Notes: generated by a model from the sequence alone, not told the origin. A stretch of DNA of 64,000 bases from Macrostomum lignano (GCA_002269645.1 NIVC01000912.1:1-64000); one strand, 5' to 3'; positions 13,611 to 32,704 are shown, numbered from the stretch's first letter. Translations and numbers: made by a program.

Positions 13611-13749
13611 ATGAATGCTTGAAGTCTGCTGGCAAATATGAAATGTTTACATTAAAATGAATTTTAGTGAAGATTATTAACGCGCGGTTTTCGTCTACTG
13701 TAAGTAGAAATACAATAATTTTATCTTATTTTATAAAAAGACTTCTGCA

Positions 13750-13820
13750 TTTCTAGAAATTTCCAGAACCAATCCAGTGACACAAGGCTTCTAGAAACTT
13801 CCTCCGCGCAGTCTATATAA
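13750..13820 (+). promoter_or_regulatory. Heat-shock promoter: two HSEs plus TATA box
   Basis: Four-unit HSE tTTCt-aGAAa-tTTCc-aGAAc (13750-13769), three-unit HSE cTTCt-aGAAa-cTTCc (13788-13802) and TATATAA (13814-13820). Confidence 0.9.
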
Positions 13821-13928
13821 GCGCGACAGGCTGATTCTCGCAGAGTCAAGTTGCAAGTCAAGCAAACAAGCAAATTGCAAGCAAAGCAAGCAAAGCACTC
13901 GGAAACTTCACCAATCGAATTCGCCAGA

Positions 13929-14720
13929 ATGTCTCTCTGGATCGCGCCAAGCAACGTGTACACGCCGTTCTCGCACGCCCTGCCACTTGCGGCAGCCTTG
14001 AACGAGCTGGACGACTGGCTGACGCCCGAGTACGACCCGCTGGTGCAGCTGCTGCGCCACCGGGGTCCAAGGCGACCTCGGCAGTGGAGCCGGACTGTGG
14101 ACCTTCGCGGCTTCTCTCCGAAGGACGTGTCGGTGAAGCGGGAGGACCGGAAGGTGCGCGTGGTGGCTCGGATCGAGAATGGCGAGGATACCACGGAGGT
14201 GAAACGGACGGTGGAGCTGCCGGAGGAGGTGGACGCTGAGAAGCTGAGCAGCGGCTTCACCCAGGACGGCATGCTAGTGCTGAAGGCGCCGCTCAAGGAG
14301 CAGCAGCTGAAACAGCAGCAGCAGGACTCGGTGTGGGACGAGCTGCGCGGCCTGCTGCGAGGCGACCTGCAGTCCGGCCAGGTGGTGGAGGCCAGCGACG
14401 GCAGCAAGCGGTTCAAGGCGGAGCTGTCGGTGCGTGAGTTCAAGCCGGACGAGATCCGCATCAAGCAGCAGGGCGACTGCGTGCGAGTCGAGGCTGAGCA
14501 CAAGGACGAGTCGAACGGGCAGCGGATCCACAAGCGGCTGGAGAGAGTGTTCCAGCTGCCCGCCGGCACCAAGCTGGACCAGGTGGCCAGCAAGCTCAGC
14601 CAGGACGGCCGGCTCTGCATCGAGGCGCCGTTCGAGGCTCCGCCGGCCAAGGAGAAGCCGCAGCTCAAGAATGTACCCATGGAGATTGACAAGCCAAGTG
14701 AAGCCAATGAAGCCAAGTGA
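13929..14720 (+). CDS. Small heat-shock protein with two alpha-crystallin domains (p40-like), 263 aa, intronless
   Basis: Domain 1: VDLRGFSPKDVSVK...RTVELPEEVD...SSGFTQDGMLVLKAP. Domain 2: FKPDEIRIK...VEAEH...RVFQLP...VASKLSQDGRLCIEAP. C-terminal VPMEI resembles the IXI motif. First ATG is at 13929, downstream of the HSE/TATA. Confidence 0.93.
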   Translation: MSLWIAPSNVYTPFSHALPLAAALNELDDWLTPEYDPLVQLLRHRGPRRPRQWSRTVDLRGFSPKDVSVKREDRKVRVVARIENGEDTTEVKRTVELPEEVDAEKLSSGFTQDGMLVLKAPLKEQQLKQQQQDSVWDELRGLLRGDLQSGQVVEASDGSKRFKAELSVREFKPDEIRIKQQGDCVRVEAEHKDESNGQRIHKRLERVFQLPAGTKLDQVASKLSQDGRLCIEAPFEAPPAKEKPQLKNVPMEIDKPSEANEAK

Positions 14721-16245
14721 TTTGACAAAGACCTTTGCTGACTAAACTGACCATTATCCCGTGTGAAGTGCAGTGCAGTGCAGTGTGAAGTGCTTTGATG
14801 TACTATCTATTGTACTCCAGTTTCACTGATCTAGTAATCTGAAAAAGCTTTTAGTATTTGTACTGCTAGCCTACTGTATTTTTTTACCTGTATGCCATTA
14901 CCGCGTGTTCCACCTGCTATAGTATTTAGTATGTTACAATGAAAGTAGCACTGACAGCATTTACTCCAGGATTTTTGATGCTGCATCAATAGCCAGCTCA
15001 GCTCAATAGCCACCCTAATGTATTCTCATAATATCATTGTTACTGATACATGTAGTAGTAAATTATTTAGTATATTCAGATTTACATTATAAATAAAAAC
15101 AATATACTGTAAGCATTCGCCCTAATCTTTAAGTCACCTTGTTTAATCAGAAATTGACGTTAATAAGAATTGGTCAGTGTCTTCTGATAAAAAATTAACA
15201 TAGAATCCTAATTTTCTGAATGAAAAGCTTAATGAATATCGATAGAGCACAACATATCAAAAGATAAACATTGGGTCTGCTTCCTATCAAAAGCAATATC
15301 AAATTTTGTGCTGAAAAAAAGAAAAATCTTATCTCCGTAATGTATTTTTTGGAAAAACCTGCTTCCTAAAATTTTTTCCAAGAAACGAGGTTTCCAGTCC
15401 TTCTACAGTTCTACTTTAGTAGTCCTTGATTAGTTCGTGAATGGGACTGTCGTAACTTTTTAAATCATTTCTTCAGTTCACTCGCCCTCTGTTTATCTCT
15501 CTGTCTCTGTTTATTCTGTTTTCTCTCCCTCTGTCATGTCTTGTTTATTCTTATCTCTTCCCTCGCGGCCTTCTGATTGGCTGTCCAATCTCGCCTCTTT
15601 CCTCAGTAGAGTAGCGCACTCCACCCCTCCCTTTTCTTATCTGCACTCAACCCCTTCTCCCTAATTTAATGTCTTAAGAAGTACACCCGCTTGAGCTCTG
15701 CGCCTCGCTTTTTTTTATTCCAATTAATCTATTGTAATTAAAGTAACCAAATAATTTTAATACTTATGTCCCAATACAGGGGCTGAATGTGGCTCCAATG
15801 GCCGGTGAAGTAAATTCATTAAACTAAGATTTGAAACTTAACAATGAGCATATTGCCGGAGTCATTAATTTGCACCTTAACTTTGAGACGCTTCGTTTGA
15901 AGACGTGATTTTGTTTGACAAGCACGGAGTTAACCAAGCGAAAATAGTATATAATGAATTCAGATAATCATATAATTGATATAGCAGTGCTTTTATGAGC
16001 AATCATTCCTAGATCGTATTTGTCTATTGCAGACTGCAGATGATGTTTCATGATTACTTACAATGTAAAGTTGGAGCCAAATGGGATTCGCCCAGTAATG
16101 CGACACGCAGCGGGGGTGTCCTGAGCTGGTCTTCTCGATCAGTCATCTCTCCACCCTTAGAGTCGTCACGAGGGAGCCGCGTGCGCGTCAGACACCGGAC
16201 ACCCGCCGGCAGCCAACGGGAGCAGGAAGCACCGCTAGCAGTGCT

Positions 16246-23969
<7,724 letters not shown>

Positions 23970-24366
23970 AAATAATACTGTACCAACAGTGCAACCCTAC
24001 TACTAGTAAAATGTATTGCAAATTAAAATTAATTCCCTCAGGTCCGCCAAATGCCCGAGAGGCCAGACGCAGACGGAGGCGGTTCGCGCGTCGACAAGGC
24101 AACTCGGACTCGTTCCATGAAGATAGTTGAAGACCGCATTTTCTGATGGGTGTCTTTCGTCTAAAGTATTGAAAAGCAGGAGTAAAGATTGTAGTTTTAG
24201 TGATGATAAAGTCGTCGAATTCGAAAAAAACAATAACTAGTATTATTTTTTCTTTGTCGTCGAGTATTAAATGAAAATGCGTTGAACGCAAAAGACCTAT
24301 TTAAAATTACGTAATATATTTCGCCGACTGATTTCATAACGGGTCTTTGTTCTGCCCCACTAGTCA

Positions 24367-24428
24367 GGGGTACTAGCTCAAATGGTAGAGCATGCGAGAG
24401 GTACAGGGATCGATGCCCTGGTACTCCA
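24367..24428 (+). pseudogene. tRNA-Ala-derived element lacking the anticodon (62 nt, 11-nt internal deletion)
   Basis: GGGGTAC-TA-GCTCAAATGGTAGAGC-ATGCGAGAGGTA-CAGGGATCGATGCCCTG-GTACTCC-A. It has a 7-bp acceptor stem with G3:U70, intact D and T arms, A and B boxes, and a T7 run at 24433-24439. The 5' anticodon stem and anticodon are absent. Confidence 0.85.
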
Positions 24429-24855
24429 TGAATTTTTTTACTTTTTTCTTTAATTGTCTTATTATGTTTTTTTTCAGTAAACATTAACTGCTATTTAAGA
24501 GTTCTCAATTGAATAGTTTTCCTTATAGTAATTTTATTCTTCTATAACTACGAGCGTATAATCGATTTTAATTAAATTTCTGGTAATATTCTTGCGTTAA
24601 GCTCTACTTAAACCAAAAAAGTTTTTTACACAACATATCGGAGAAAGAGGCCATTTTAGGTTAAATCATTTTTCGGCTATAAAATCATGGGGTTTTTAGG
24701 TTTTTGGGAAATCGAGACGAAATTTCATTCATTGATACCCCGAAAAGGGACACTTGAGCAATGACAATGATGAGCAGCTGGTGCCGATATGTGTCGATAG
24801 TATTCAATACAACAGCAAAGGTTAGTTAAGTGTACAATGATTCTACACGCTTATG

Positions 24856-24869
24856 GTTTCTATAGCAAC
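24856..24869 (+). promoter_or_regulatory. RFX X-box motif
   Basis: GTTTCT-AT-AGCAAC matches the 14-bp ciliary X-box consensus. It lies upstream of a putative 5'UTR exon (donor 25184, acceptor 25712). Confidence 0.45.
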
Positions 24870-25489
24870 CAAAATCGCACGCTGAGAGGCGTCGGATCAA
24901 TCAAGCTCTCAAGGCTTGGCGCGCATGGGTGTGCGGGCACAGCGGAAGCTACTTGAGTTGGATAGAAAGTTTGCTCAGCCGTTTCCAACAGGTTTTAGCC
25001 AGAGCAGGGAGTCACGAAATTCCGCCAATGAATGGCTCTAAAAATACTTTTGGGCCCAAAAACGTTTAAAGTCTGTGTTGGCTGTTTGCTGGCAGACTTT
25101 GAATTCCGGAGCTGAGTCTGCATGGCTACTGAAATTGGAGAAGCATTCGACAGGCGCGAACACGAGCGACCGTCTACCGTTGGGTGAGTGTCCGAGTTGT
25201 GTCCGAGTAGACATGAATTCTCTCGTTCTTTCTGATCTTTCTGATTCTCGTTTTTCTTTCTTTCTTTCTGCAGAATAAAAAATAATAAATTCCCAGCTGT
25301 TTATTCGCAATACACACAATAACTTATGAATTGGAGATATTAGTTGTAGGAGCGTCAATTAATAGATAATTGAGTGAAGGAGATGGAAATTCTCTGGATC
25401 AATCAGCTGTCGGCCTATCACGTATAATTGGCCAATTAAGAAATTAAACGAACAAATTAATGATTGAGTCAACCATTCAACGAATGAAC

Positions 25490-25573
25490 CAATCAAAAAA
25501 ATCTAGCAATCAATCGATCAATCAATCTATCAATCAACAAATCAATCAATCAGTAGCTCAATTAATCAACCAG

Positions 25574-25614
<41 letters not shown>

Positions 25615-25700
25615 CAATAAATCAGTCGCTCAATCAATCAATCAATGAATCGACCAATCGATCAATCAATCAAATAACAATTTATCGATCTATCAATCAA
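25490..25700. repeat. Degenerate (AATC)n microsatellite
   Basis: Imperfect AATC run inside the putative 5'UTR intron. Confidence 0.8.
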
Positions 25701-25722
25701 CCACATACACAGGCCGCACTCA

Positions 25723-25872
25723 ATGCATATCCAGCCTCAGGATCATCATCAGCATCATCAGCATCAGCATCAGCATCATCATCATCAGCATCAGCAGCAT
25801 CATCATCAGCATCAGCAGCATCAGCATCAGCATCAGCATCAGCATCAGCATCAGCATCAGCAGCATCATCAT

Positions 25873-25903
<31 letters not shown>

Positions 25904-26439
25904 CGCTGCCCCGACTTCTTTGCTGCCCGCCGCCCAGCCTGTGGTGTCGACGCCGCCGTCAGCGCTGCCATCTGGCGCTGTTTCTCCTGACTTTCTACAC
26001 CGGCCTGGCCGCCCTGTTGGCCTCGGCAGCCGCCCTGTCGGTGCTGCTGGCGCTGCAGCATCCGCGATGGCCTGAGCGGGGTGCCGAAGCATCGCAGCAG
26101 CGGGCGGAGGTTTACCCGCTCAGTCTGCTGGGCGGCGCCGTGGCCGGTGTCGGCCTCCTGCTGGCCGCGTACGTCCTGGCCATCGACCTCCGGGGACGTC
26201 GATTGGGCGCTTTTCGACGTCGACGAAAGCGTCACCGAGAAACCGACGCCGTCAACGACAGGCGAAACGAAGTCGATAGTCGCTGGCCGCAGTCGTCGTC
26301 GTGGATGACGGACCTGAATGTCCCGTCTGCCGTTGTGGCCGACTACTATGGAGCGGCCGCGGTGACGGCGCACAGTCCGGCCATGTCCATGTCGGAGCTG
26401 AGACCGCCGGCGCCGGCAATGCCGGAACCCGTGGCTTAG
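25723..26439 (+). CDS. Orphan two-transmembrane protein with N-terminal poly-His/Gln tract, 238 aa
   Basis: Acceptor AG 10 nt before the ATG. About 55-aa H/Q tract (CAT/CAG), then a Cys/Arg cluster, two hydrophobic helices (LALFLLTFYTGLAALLASAAALSVLLAL; LSLLGGAVAGVGLLLAAYVLAI) and a basic RRRRKRHR tail. GC-rich, coding-like sequence. Confidence 0.7.
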
Positions 26440-26536
26440 GGCGATGCCGGAACCCGTGGCTTAGGGCGATGCCGGAACCCGTGGCTTAGGGCGATGCCGG
26501 AACCCGTGGCTTAGGGCGATGCCGGAACCCGTGGCC
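26420..26536. repeat. 25-bp tandem repeat built from the last codons and stop of the upstream gene
   Basis: (GATGCCGGAACCCGTGGCTTAGGGC) about 4.7 copies. Confidence 0.9.
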
Positions 26537-26879
26537 TGGGGTCTCAACTGAGTGTAAACAAGTTTATTGTTGCCAAGTCTTTTTGGATATATAATTGGCA
26601 GCAAAACAGTTTACCGAAATCTTTCCTGTGCAGATTGCAACTGTTATTGTAGCCATTTTGTACAGTAGTGCATCCAAATTACTTATAAATAAGTCCATTA
26701 GTAAAAGAGCTAATGTATTTGTTAGATTCTTTGAAAGGTGATTTTTTCGAAGCAAATATCCTAAACTGTTTGTCGTATAAAGACTTGGTTGTTTTTGTAG
26801 GAAGCTGTGCTGAAGAACTGAGTTATTGCTTTTTATGACTAGCTGCCTAACATTGAATGGCCCTTCTGAACCACTGTCT

Positions 26880-27260
26880 CTGATTGGTCGGGATGGGTGA
26901 AGGAAGCTTATCAGTTTTCCTGCCTACCCCTCAAACCCGTAATCTTATCCTCGCTAACCCCACTTTATCGCTGATTGGCTAGAATTGGGTGGAGGCTTAT
27001 CAGTTTTCCTGCCTACCCCTCAAACCCGTAATTTCTATCCTCGCCAACCCCACTTTATCGCTGATTGGCTAGAATTGGGTGAAGGAGGCTTATCAGTCTT
27101 CCTGCCTACCCCTCAAACCCGTAATCTTATCCTCGTTAACCCCACTTTATCGCTGATTGGCTAGAATTGGGTGGAGGCTTATCAGTTTTCCTGCTTATCC
27201 CCTCAAACCTGTAATTTCTATCCTCGCTAACTCCATTAAATCGCTGATTGGCTAGGATTG
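26880..27260. repeat. Approximately 91-bp tandem repeat, 4 copies
   Basis: CTGATTGG recurs at 26880, 26971, 27061, 27152 and 27244. Confidence 0.85.
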
Positions 27261-27531
27261 GTTAATTTTTGTTTTAAACGATCCACATTTTCTACGAGCA
27301 TATAAGATTTTGGCTGGTGGGATTCGCTGATGATCGAAGGCCAGCCATTATTAAAAATATTTGTAATGAAAGAACAAACGATGAATTTTTATTGAATTGA
27401 AAATCAAACACATTCGGTTTAAAACTACACGCCTTCACACAGACGATTAGTCACCGTCGTGTATTGTCATGAAACGCAAATTAAAAAGAAAATTTCCCGC
27501 TGTTAATCAAACGGAGCGATTCTGTCTCGTT

Positions 27532-27984
27532 TCAAGCGCGTCGCTCCTTGCGAAACCAGGTGATGAAGTCTTCTGTGTTGAAGGTGGTTACCGAACGACC
27601 AACCGCGTGGTGAAACCGCCGCAGGTCGTTTTTGTAGACGCCGAGGGCCACTCTCTGGCCGACATTCGTGGCGAAGTAGCGCTCCACCTCGGCGAAAGTC
27701 GTCTGGCCCGTGCCCTCCTCGTCGACGCTTTCAAACACAAGTCGCCAGGTCTCCTCTTCGCGTTCATTCTCCGGGTAGATGTCCAGAAGCAGCATGTACT
27801 CCCGCTTTGTGATCTTGCCGTCGCGGTTTGCGTCAAGAATCTCGAACATCTCAACGGCTGACGATTCGTCTAGGCCGTCGCGCTGGCAGACGGCCTTGAG
27901 ACCCTCGAATGTGATAAAGCCATTGCCCTCGGTGTCGATCTCGGTGAACCAGCGCAGAAGCTGCTGTTTATCTGGCCTGGACAT
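27532..27984 (-). CDS. EF-hand calcium-binding (calmodulin-like) protein, 150 aa, intronless
   Basis: EF loops DTEGNGFITFEG, DANRDGKITKRE (canonical) and DEEGTGQTTFAE. Confidence 0.88.
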   Translation of the reverse strand: MSRPDKQQLLRWFTEIDTEGNGFITFEGLKAVCQRDGLDESSAVEMFEILDANRDGKITKREYMLLLDIYPENEREEETWRLVFESVDEEGTGQTTFAEVERYFATNVGQRVALGVYKNDLRRFHHAVGRSVTTFNTEDFITWFRKERRA

Positions 27985-29087
27985 GGCTATCTCTCACTCT
28001 CACTCTTAATCTCTCGCTCTATCGATTGAATTAAAGCTTCTCTAATATAATATTAAATCCTCGACTATTGAGCCAGACGAAAGTCTAAGTCGGCTCTGGT
28101 ACTGGACACGATTGCGGCGCACTATTGGCCATAGACATCTGGCGGGCGACTCGGCTGACTTGAGTCCGCCAATGTGACGCTGCATGGAAATTTTTATGTG
28201 CGAATTTGCAACAGTTTTTTAATTTGAGTTATTTGTTATTTAGTTCACTTTTCATTAATTATTTAGGTGAAAAGCTATAATCAGTGTTGATTGAATCTTT
28301 ATTTAGGGCAATTTTCCTAGCCATTCAATTCCAGTTTGTTTGGCGCCACTGAATTCAAGTTAGGTGCTAGATTGCGACACGATTTTGGCCCCAAACTAAA
28401 TTAGCCTAACATTTTTTCATCATCCTACTGACGAAGCCATTAGTAGTAAAATGGAGACATTAATTAACCAGTAATATTCTATTTTAAAAATAAGCATCAA
28501 ACGCCCAATATAAGCCGTGCACCTCGCTCACCGCACTGAACAATTTTATTATTTTGCTTTCTACCAGCAGGGGACGCCGCGCAATGATCGAGTTTGCCAG
28601 AAATACTCGGCCTGCCGCAGTCTGGGACAGAAAGTGCTCGGTAGAAGACGCTGCCAGCAATTCTCGCAGGCACACCGCATAAGGGAGGATGGGATTAAGC
28701 GGATAGACCGGCCGAGAACTAGCTTGAGTGGGGGTTGGGGGAGACGGAAGACCTTCATTTCCAATCCGCCCACTTTAGCCGAGATCCCGGACTGGTCGAC
28801 CAATTTTATCTATAGCCAACTCGCTTTAGTATGGCACACTCTGGCAAATATAACTGTGCAGTGCCCCCCCCCCTTCATCGCCCCCCCCCCAGCACCCAGG
28901 CTGCGTAATTAAAGCTTTGGACCAATTTTCTGACAAATGCCCTACCCGGCTGCAAGGCCTGGCGGACAGACGGGCGGGCGGAACCCATGGCTGTATGGAC
29001 TCGGCGAAAACAGACTCAGATGATAATGATTGAATGGTACACGACTGCTATCCATTGTTCGAATACTAGCACCCAAGAGCGATTATT

Positions 29088-30528
29088 CTGCATTAGAAAT
29101 CTATGGAATCTGGATTGGAAACTGCATTAGAAATCTATAGAGTGTGGATTAGAAACTGCATTAGAAATCTATAGAATGTGGATTAGAAACTGCATTAGAA
29201 ATCTATAGACTCTGGATTAGAAACTGCATTAGAAATCTATAGAATCTGGATTAGAAACTGCATTAGAAATCTATAGAGTGTGGATTAGAAACTGCATTAG
29301 AAATCTATAGAATGTGGATTGGAAACTGCATTAGAAATCTATGGACTCTGGATTGGAAACTGCATTAGAAATCTATAGAGTGTGGATTAGAAACTGCATT
29401 AGAAATCTATGGACTCTGGATTGGAAACTGCATTAGAAATCTATAGACTCTGGATTGGAAACTGCATTAGAAATCTATAGAATCTGGATTAGAAACTGCA
29501 TTAGAAATCTATAGAGTGTGGATTAGAAACTGCATTAGAAATCTATAGAATGTGGATTGCAAACTGCATCAGAAATCTATAGAGTGTGGATTAGAAACTG
29601 CATTAGAAATCTATAGAATGTGGATTAGAAACTGCATTAGAAATCTATAGAATGTGGATTAGAAACTGCATTAGAAATCTATAGACTCTGGATTGGAAAC
29701 TGCATTAGAAATCTATAGAATCTGGATTAGAAACTGCATTAGAAATCTATAGAGTGTGGATTAGAAACTGCATTAGAAATCTATAGAATGTGGATTGCAA
29801 ACTGCATCAGAAATCTATAGAGTGTGGATTAGAAACTGCATTAGAAATCTATAGAGTGTGGATTGCAAACTGCATCAGAAATCTATAGAGTGTGGATTAG
29901 AAACTGCATTAGAAATCTATAGAATCTGGATTAGAAACTGCATTAGAAATCTATAGAGTGTGGATTAGAAACTGCATTAGAAATCTATAGAATGTGGATT
30001 AGAAACTGCATTAGAAATCTATAGAGTGTGGATTGCAAACTGCATCAGAAATCTATAGAGTGTGGATTAGAAACTGCATTAGAAATCTATAGAATGTGGA
30101 TTAGAAACTGCATTAGAAATCTATGGACTCTGGATTAGAAACTGCATTAGAAATCTATAGAATCTGGATTAGAAACTGCATTAGAAATCTATAGAATGTG
30201 GATTAGGAACTGCATTAGAAATCTATAGAATGTGAATTAGAAACTGCATTAGAAATCTATAGACTCTGGATTAGAAACTGCATTAGAAATCTATAGAATG
30301 TGAATTAGAAACTGCATTAGAAATCTATAGACTCTGGATTAGAAACTGCATTAGAAATCTATAGAATGTGAATTAGAAACTGCATTAGAAATCTATAGAC
30401 TCTGGATTAGAAACTGCATTAGAAATCTATAGAATGTGGATTAGAAACTGCATTAGAAATCTATAGAATCTGGATTAGAAACTGCATTAGAAATCTATAG
30501 AATGTGAATTAGAAACTGCATTAGAAAT
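29088..30528. repeat. 34-bp minisatellite (TGGATTAGAAACTGCATTAGAAATCTATAGAATG)
   Basis: About 42 head-to-tail units with no spacers. Confidence 0.95.
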
Positions 30529-31279
30529 ATAGTATCTATAATAGCTAAACAAAGCAAAGGCACTCGGAAGACAATATGAATAGAATTAAATAAAAACATT
30601 CTTGTATCACAATACAGTTGCATATTATAAATAGCTGTATATTAAGTAATGTAATATTTCATATATAATTAGCAATTACATGAGCCGCATTCAACACTCC
30701 AAGCATTCACAATAAGCGGGTTACATTAGTGTGCCAGCCTGTTTATAACAAATTTATTTAATAACAAAAGAGAAAAGTAAAACAAAAGCGCACACATATT
30801 TAATAAATATTTGAGTAAGTAGTACGCTTGCATTTTGAGTAAAGAGTAGCCATCCATTAAAAATTATCCTAACTAATGAATAAATTAATATGTAGCTGAG
30901 ACCTCGTTATTAAGAGTGAGAAATGCTTTTAAGAGTGACAGATGCGAACTGGGTTTCATTTAAGCAAAAGAGGCAGACGGAGGAAAACAAACACAGAGGA
31001 GTGATTAAGGTTGATGAAAACATCATGCGCTCGTAAATCGATAAATTTCTCGAGTCTCTAGTGAGTTTTATAGTAAATTTTCTATAATTCAGTCCGAACA
31101 GACGTTAGAATTTTTCAAATATGAGCGAATTTCTAACACGTGGCAATAAGACAGTTTATTGATTTTTCTAATTGGAGTATAAATTTGTTCGACAACAATA
31201 AATAACTAATTAATATCCATCATAATTAGTATCAATCGACTTTGTTGTACATATAGAGATCCGCGACTGACGGAGGGAG

Positions 31280-31615
31280 GGAGGGTGAGATATAGAGAGG
31301 AAAGGGTGAGCTATGGAGACGGAAGGGGGAGATATGGAGAGGGAAGGGTCAGATATGGAGAGAGAGGGTGAGATATGGAGAGATAGAGGGGAACATGGGG
31401 AGAGAGGGGGTGAGATTTGGAGAGGGAAGGGTCAGATATGGAGAGAGAGAGAGAGAGGGTGAGATATAGAGAGGGAGGGTGAGATATTGAGAGGGAAGGG
31501 GGAGATATGAAGAGAAAGGGTGAGATATGGAGAGAGAGGTGAGATATGTAGAGAGAGGGTGAGATATGAAGAGAAAGGGTGAGATATGGAGAGAGAGGTG
31601 AGATATGGAGAGTGA
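31280..31615. repeat. GA-rich degenerate repeat (GAGAGGGTGAGATATGGA)
   Basis: Tandem purine-rich units. Confidence 0.8.
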
Positions 31616-31994
31616 GAGTTTTCAAAATCAAATTAACAGCATGCAACATGGGAATCGAGGCGCACATGACACTGAGAGGCGAGCGAGTCCAGAGACAATA
31701 GAAAAAAAACAATATTGACAGCTGAGCGCGTATAATTCGCAAGTTATTTACAACGCGAGTTTTCAACAACGGTGAGTATAGCTGAGTCAACTCAATTCGA
31801 TTTATAAAAATTAGCAGCAAGCAAAAACAAAAATGTATTGCAAAATTGCCATAAAAGTATGCAGCTTGATAAGTCACAGGTAAAATTGTTCGTTTTTTGC
31901 CAAAAAAGCTTTCATCAATGCTATGCAATAAGCGGTATCTAGACTACGGGAATATCAGGCCCGAATCACACTTGGAATGAGAAAATCGACATCT

Positions 31995-32500
31995 CATCAC
32001 TCAAAATCTGACTCCTATGAGTCTCAACCTATGAATCTCAACCCTATGAATCTCACCCCAATGAATCTCACCATTATGAGTCACATTCCTATGAGTCTCA
32101 CCCCTATGAATCTCATCCCTAGAAGTCTCGCCTCTATGAGTCTCACACCTATGAATATATCCTTATGAATCTCACCCCTATGGATCTACACCCCTTTGAG
32201 TCTCACCCTATGAATCTCACCCCTATGAGTCTAACCCCTATGAACCTCACCCATATGAATCGCACCCCGATGAAGCTCACCCCTATGAATCTCACCATTA
32301 TGAGTCTCACCCCTATGAATCTCATCACTAGAAGTCTCACCCCTATGAGTCTCACACCTATGAATATATTCCTTATGAATCTCATCCCGATGAATCTCAC
32401 CATTTATGGCTCTAACCCCTATGAATCTCATCCCTATGAATCTCACCCCATGAATCTCACCCCTATGAATCTCATCATAATGAGTCTCGCCTCTAGAAAC
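31995..32500. repeat. 15-bp minisatellite (ATCTCACCCCTATGA)
   Basis: About 33 degenerate units. Confidence 0.88.
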
Positions 32501-32564
32501 CTCAACCCTAGATCAGCAATCGATCAAATTATTAATTAGCTTTCGATGGCAGCGGGCCAGCTTG

Positions 32565-32691
32565 CGCGTGATTGGCTGCCTTCTTGCTGCCGCCTTCCGG
32601 TGCGGAAGTTTCCGGCGAAACAGATCCCGAGCCGCCAGCGCCGTTTCCGCCGTTTGTAGCGAGAGTGTTCTGTCAATTAGTGGTTGTAAGT
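32565..32691 (+). promoter_or_regulatory. Putative Pol II promoter and first non-coding exon
   Basis: Reverse CCAAT (GATTGG), clustered ETS-like TTCCGG/CGGAAGT sites at 32594-32618, a GC-rich island and a GTAAGT donor at 32686. Confidence 0.35.
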
Positions 32692-32704
32692 AGTTATAGG
32701 GCAG

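Noticed and set aside
13721-14728. 335-aa minus ORF
   Set aside because: It is the antisense shadow of the GC-rich sHSP coding sequence.
24766-24890. C/D-box snoRNA-like ATGATGA...CTGA
   Set aside because: There is no terminal stem or recognisable rRNA guide, it is not intronic, and it overlaps a likely promoter.
26420-26536. TTAGGG copies as interstitial telomere
   Set aside because: They are single hexamers within a 25-bp unit derived from coding sequence, not a tandem telomeric tract.
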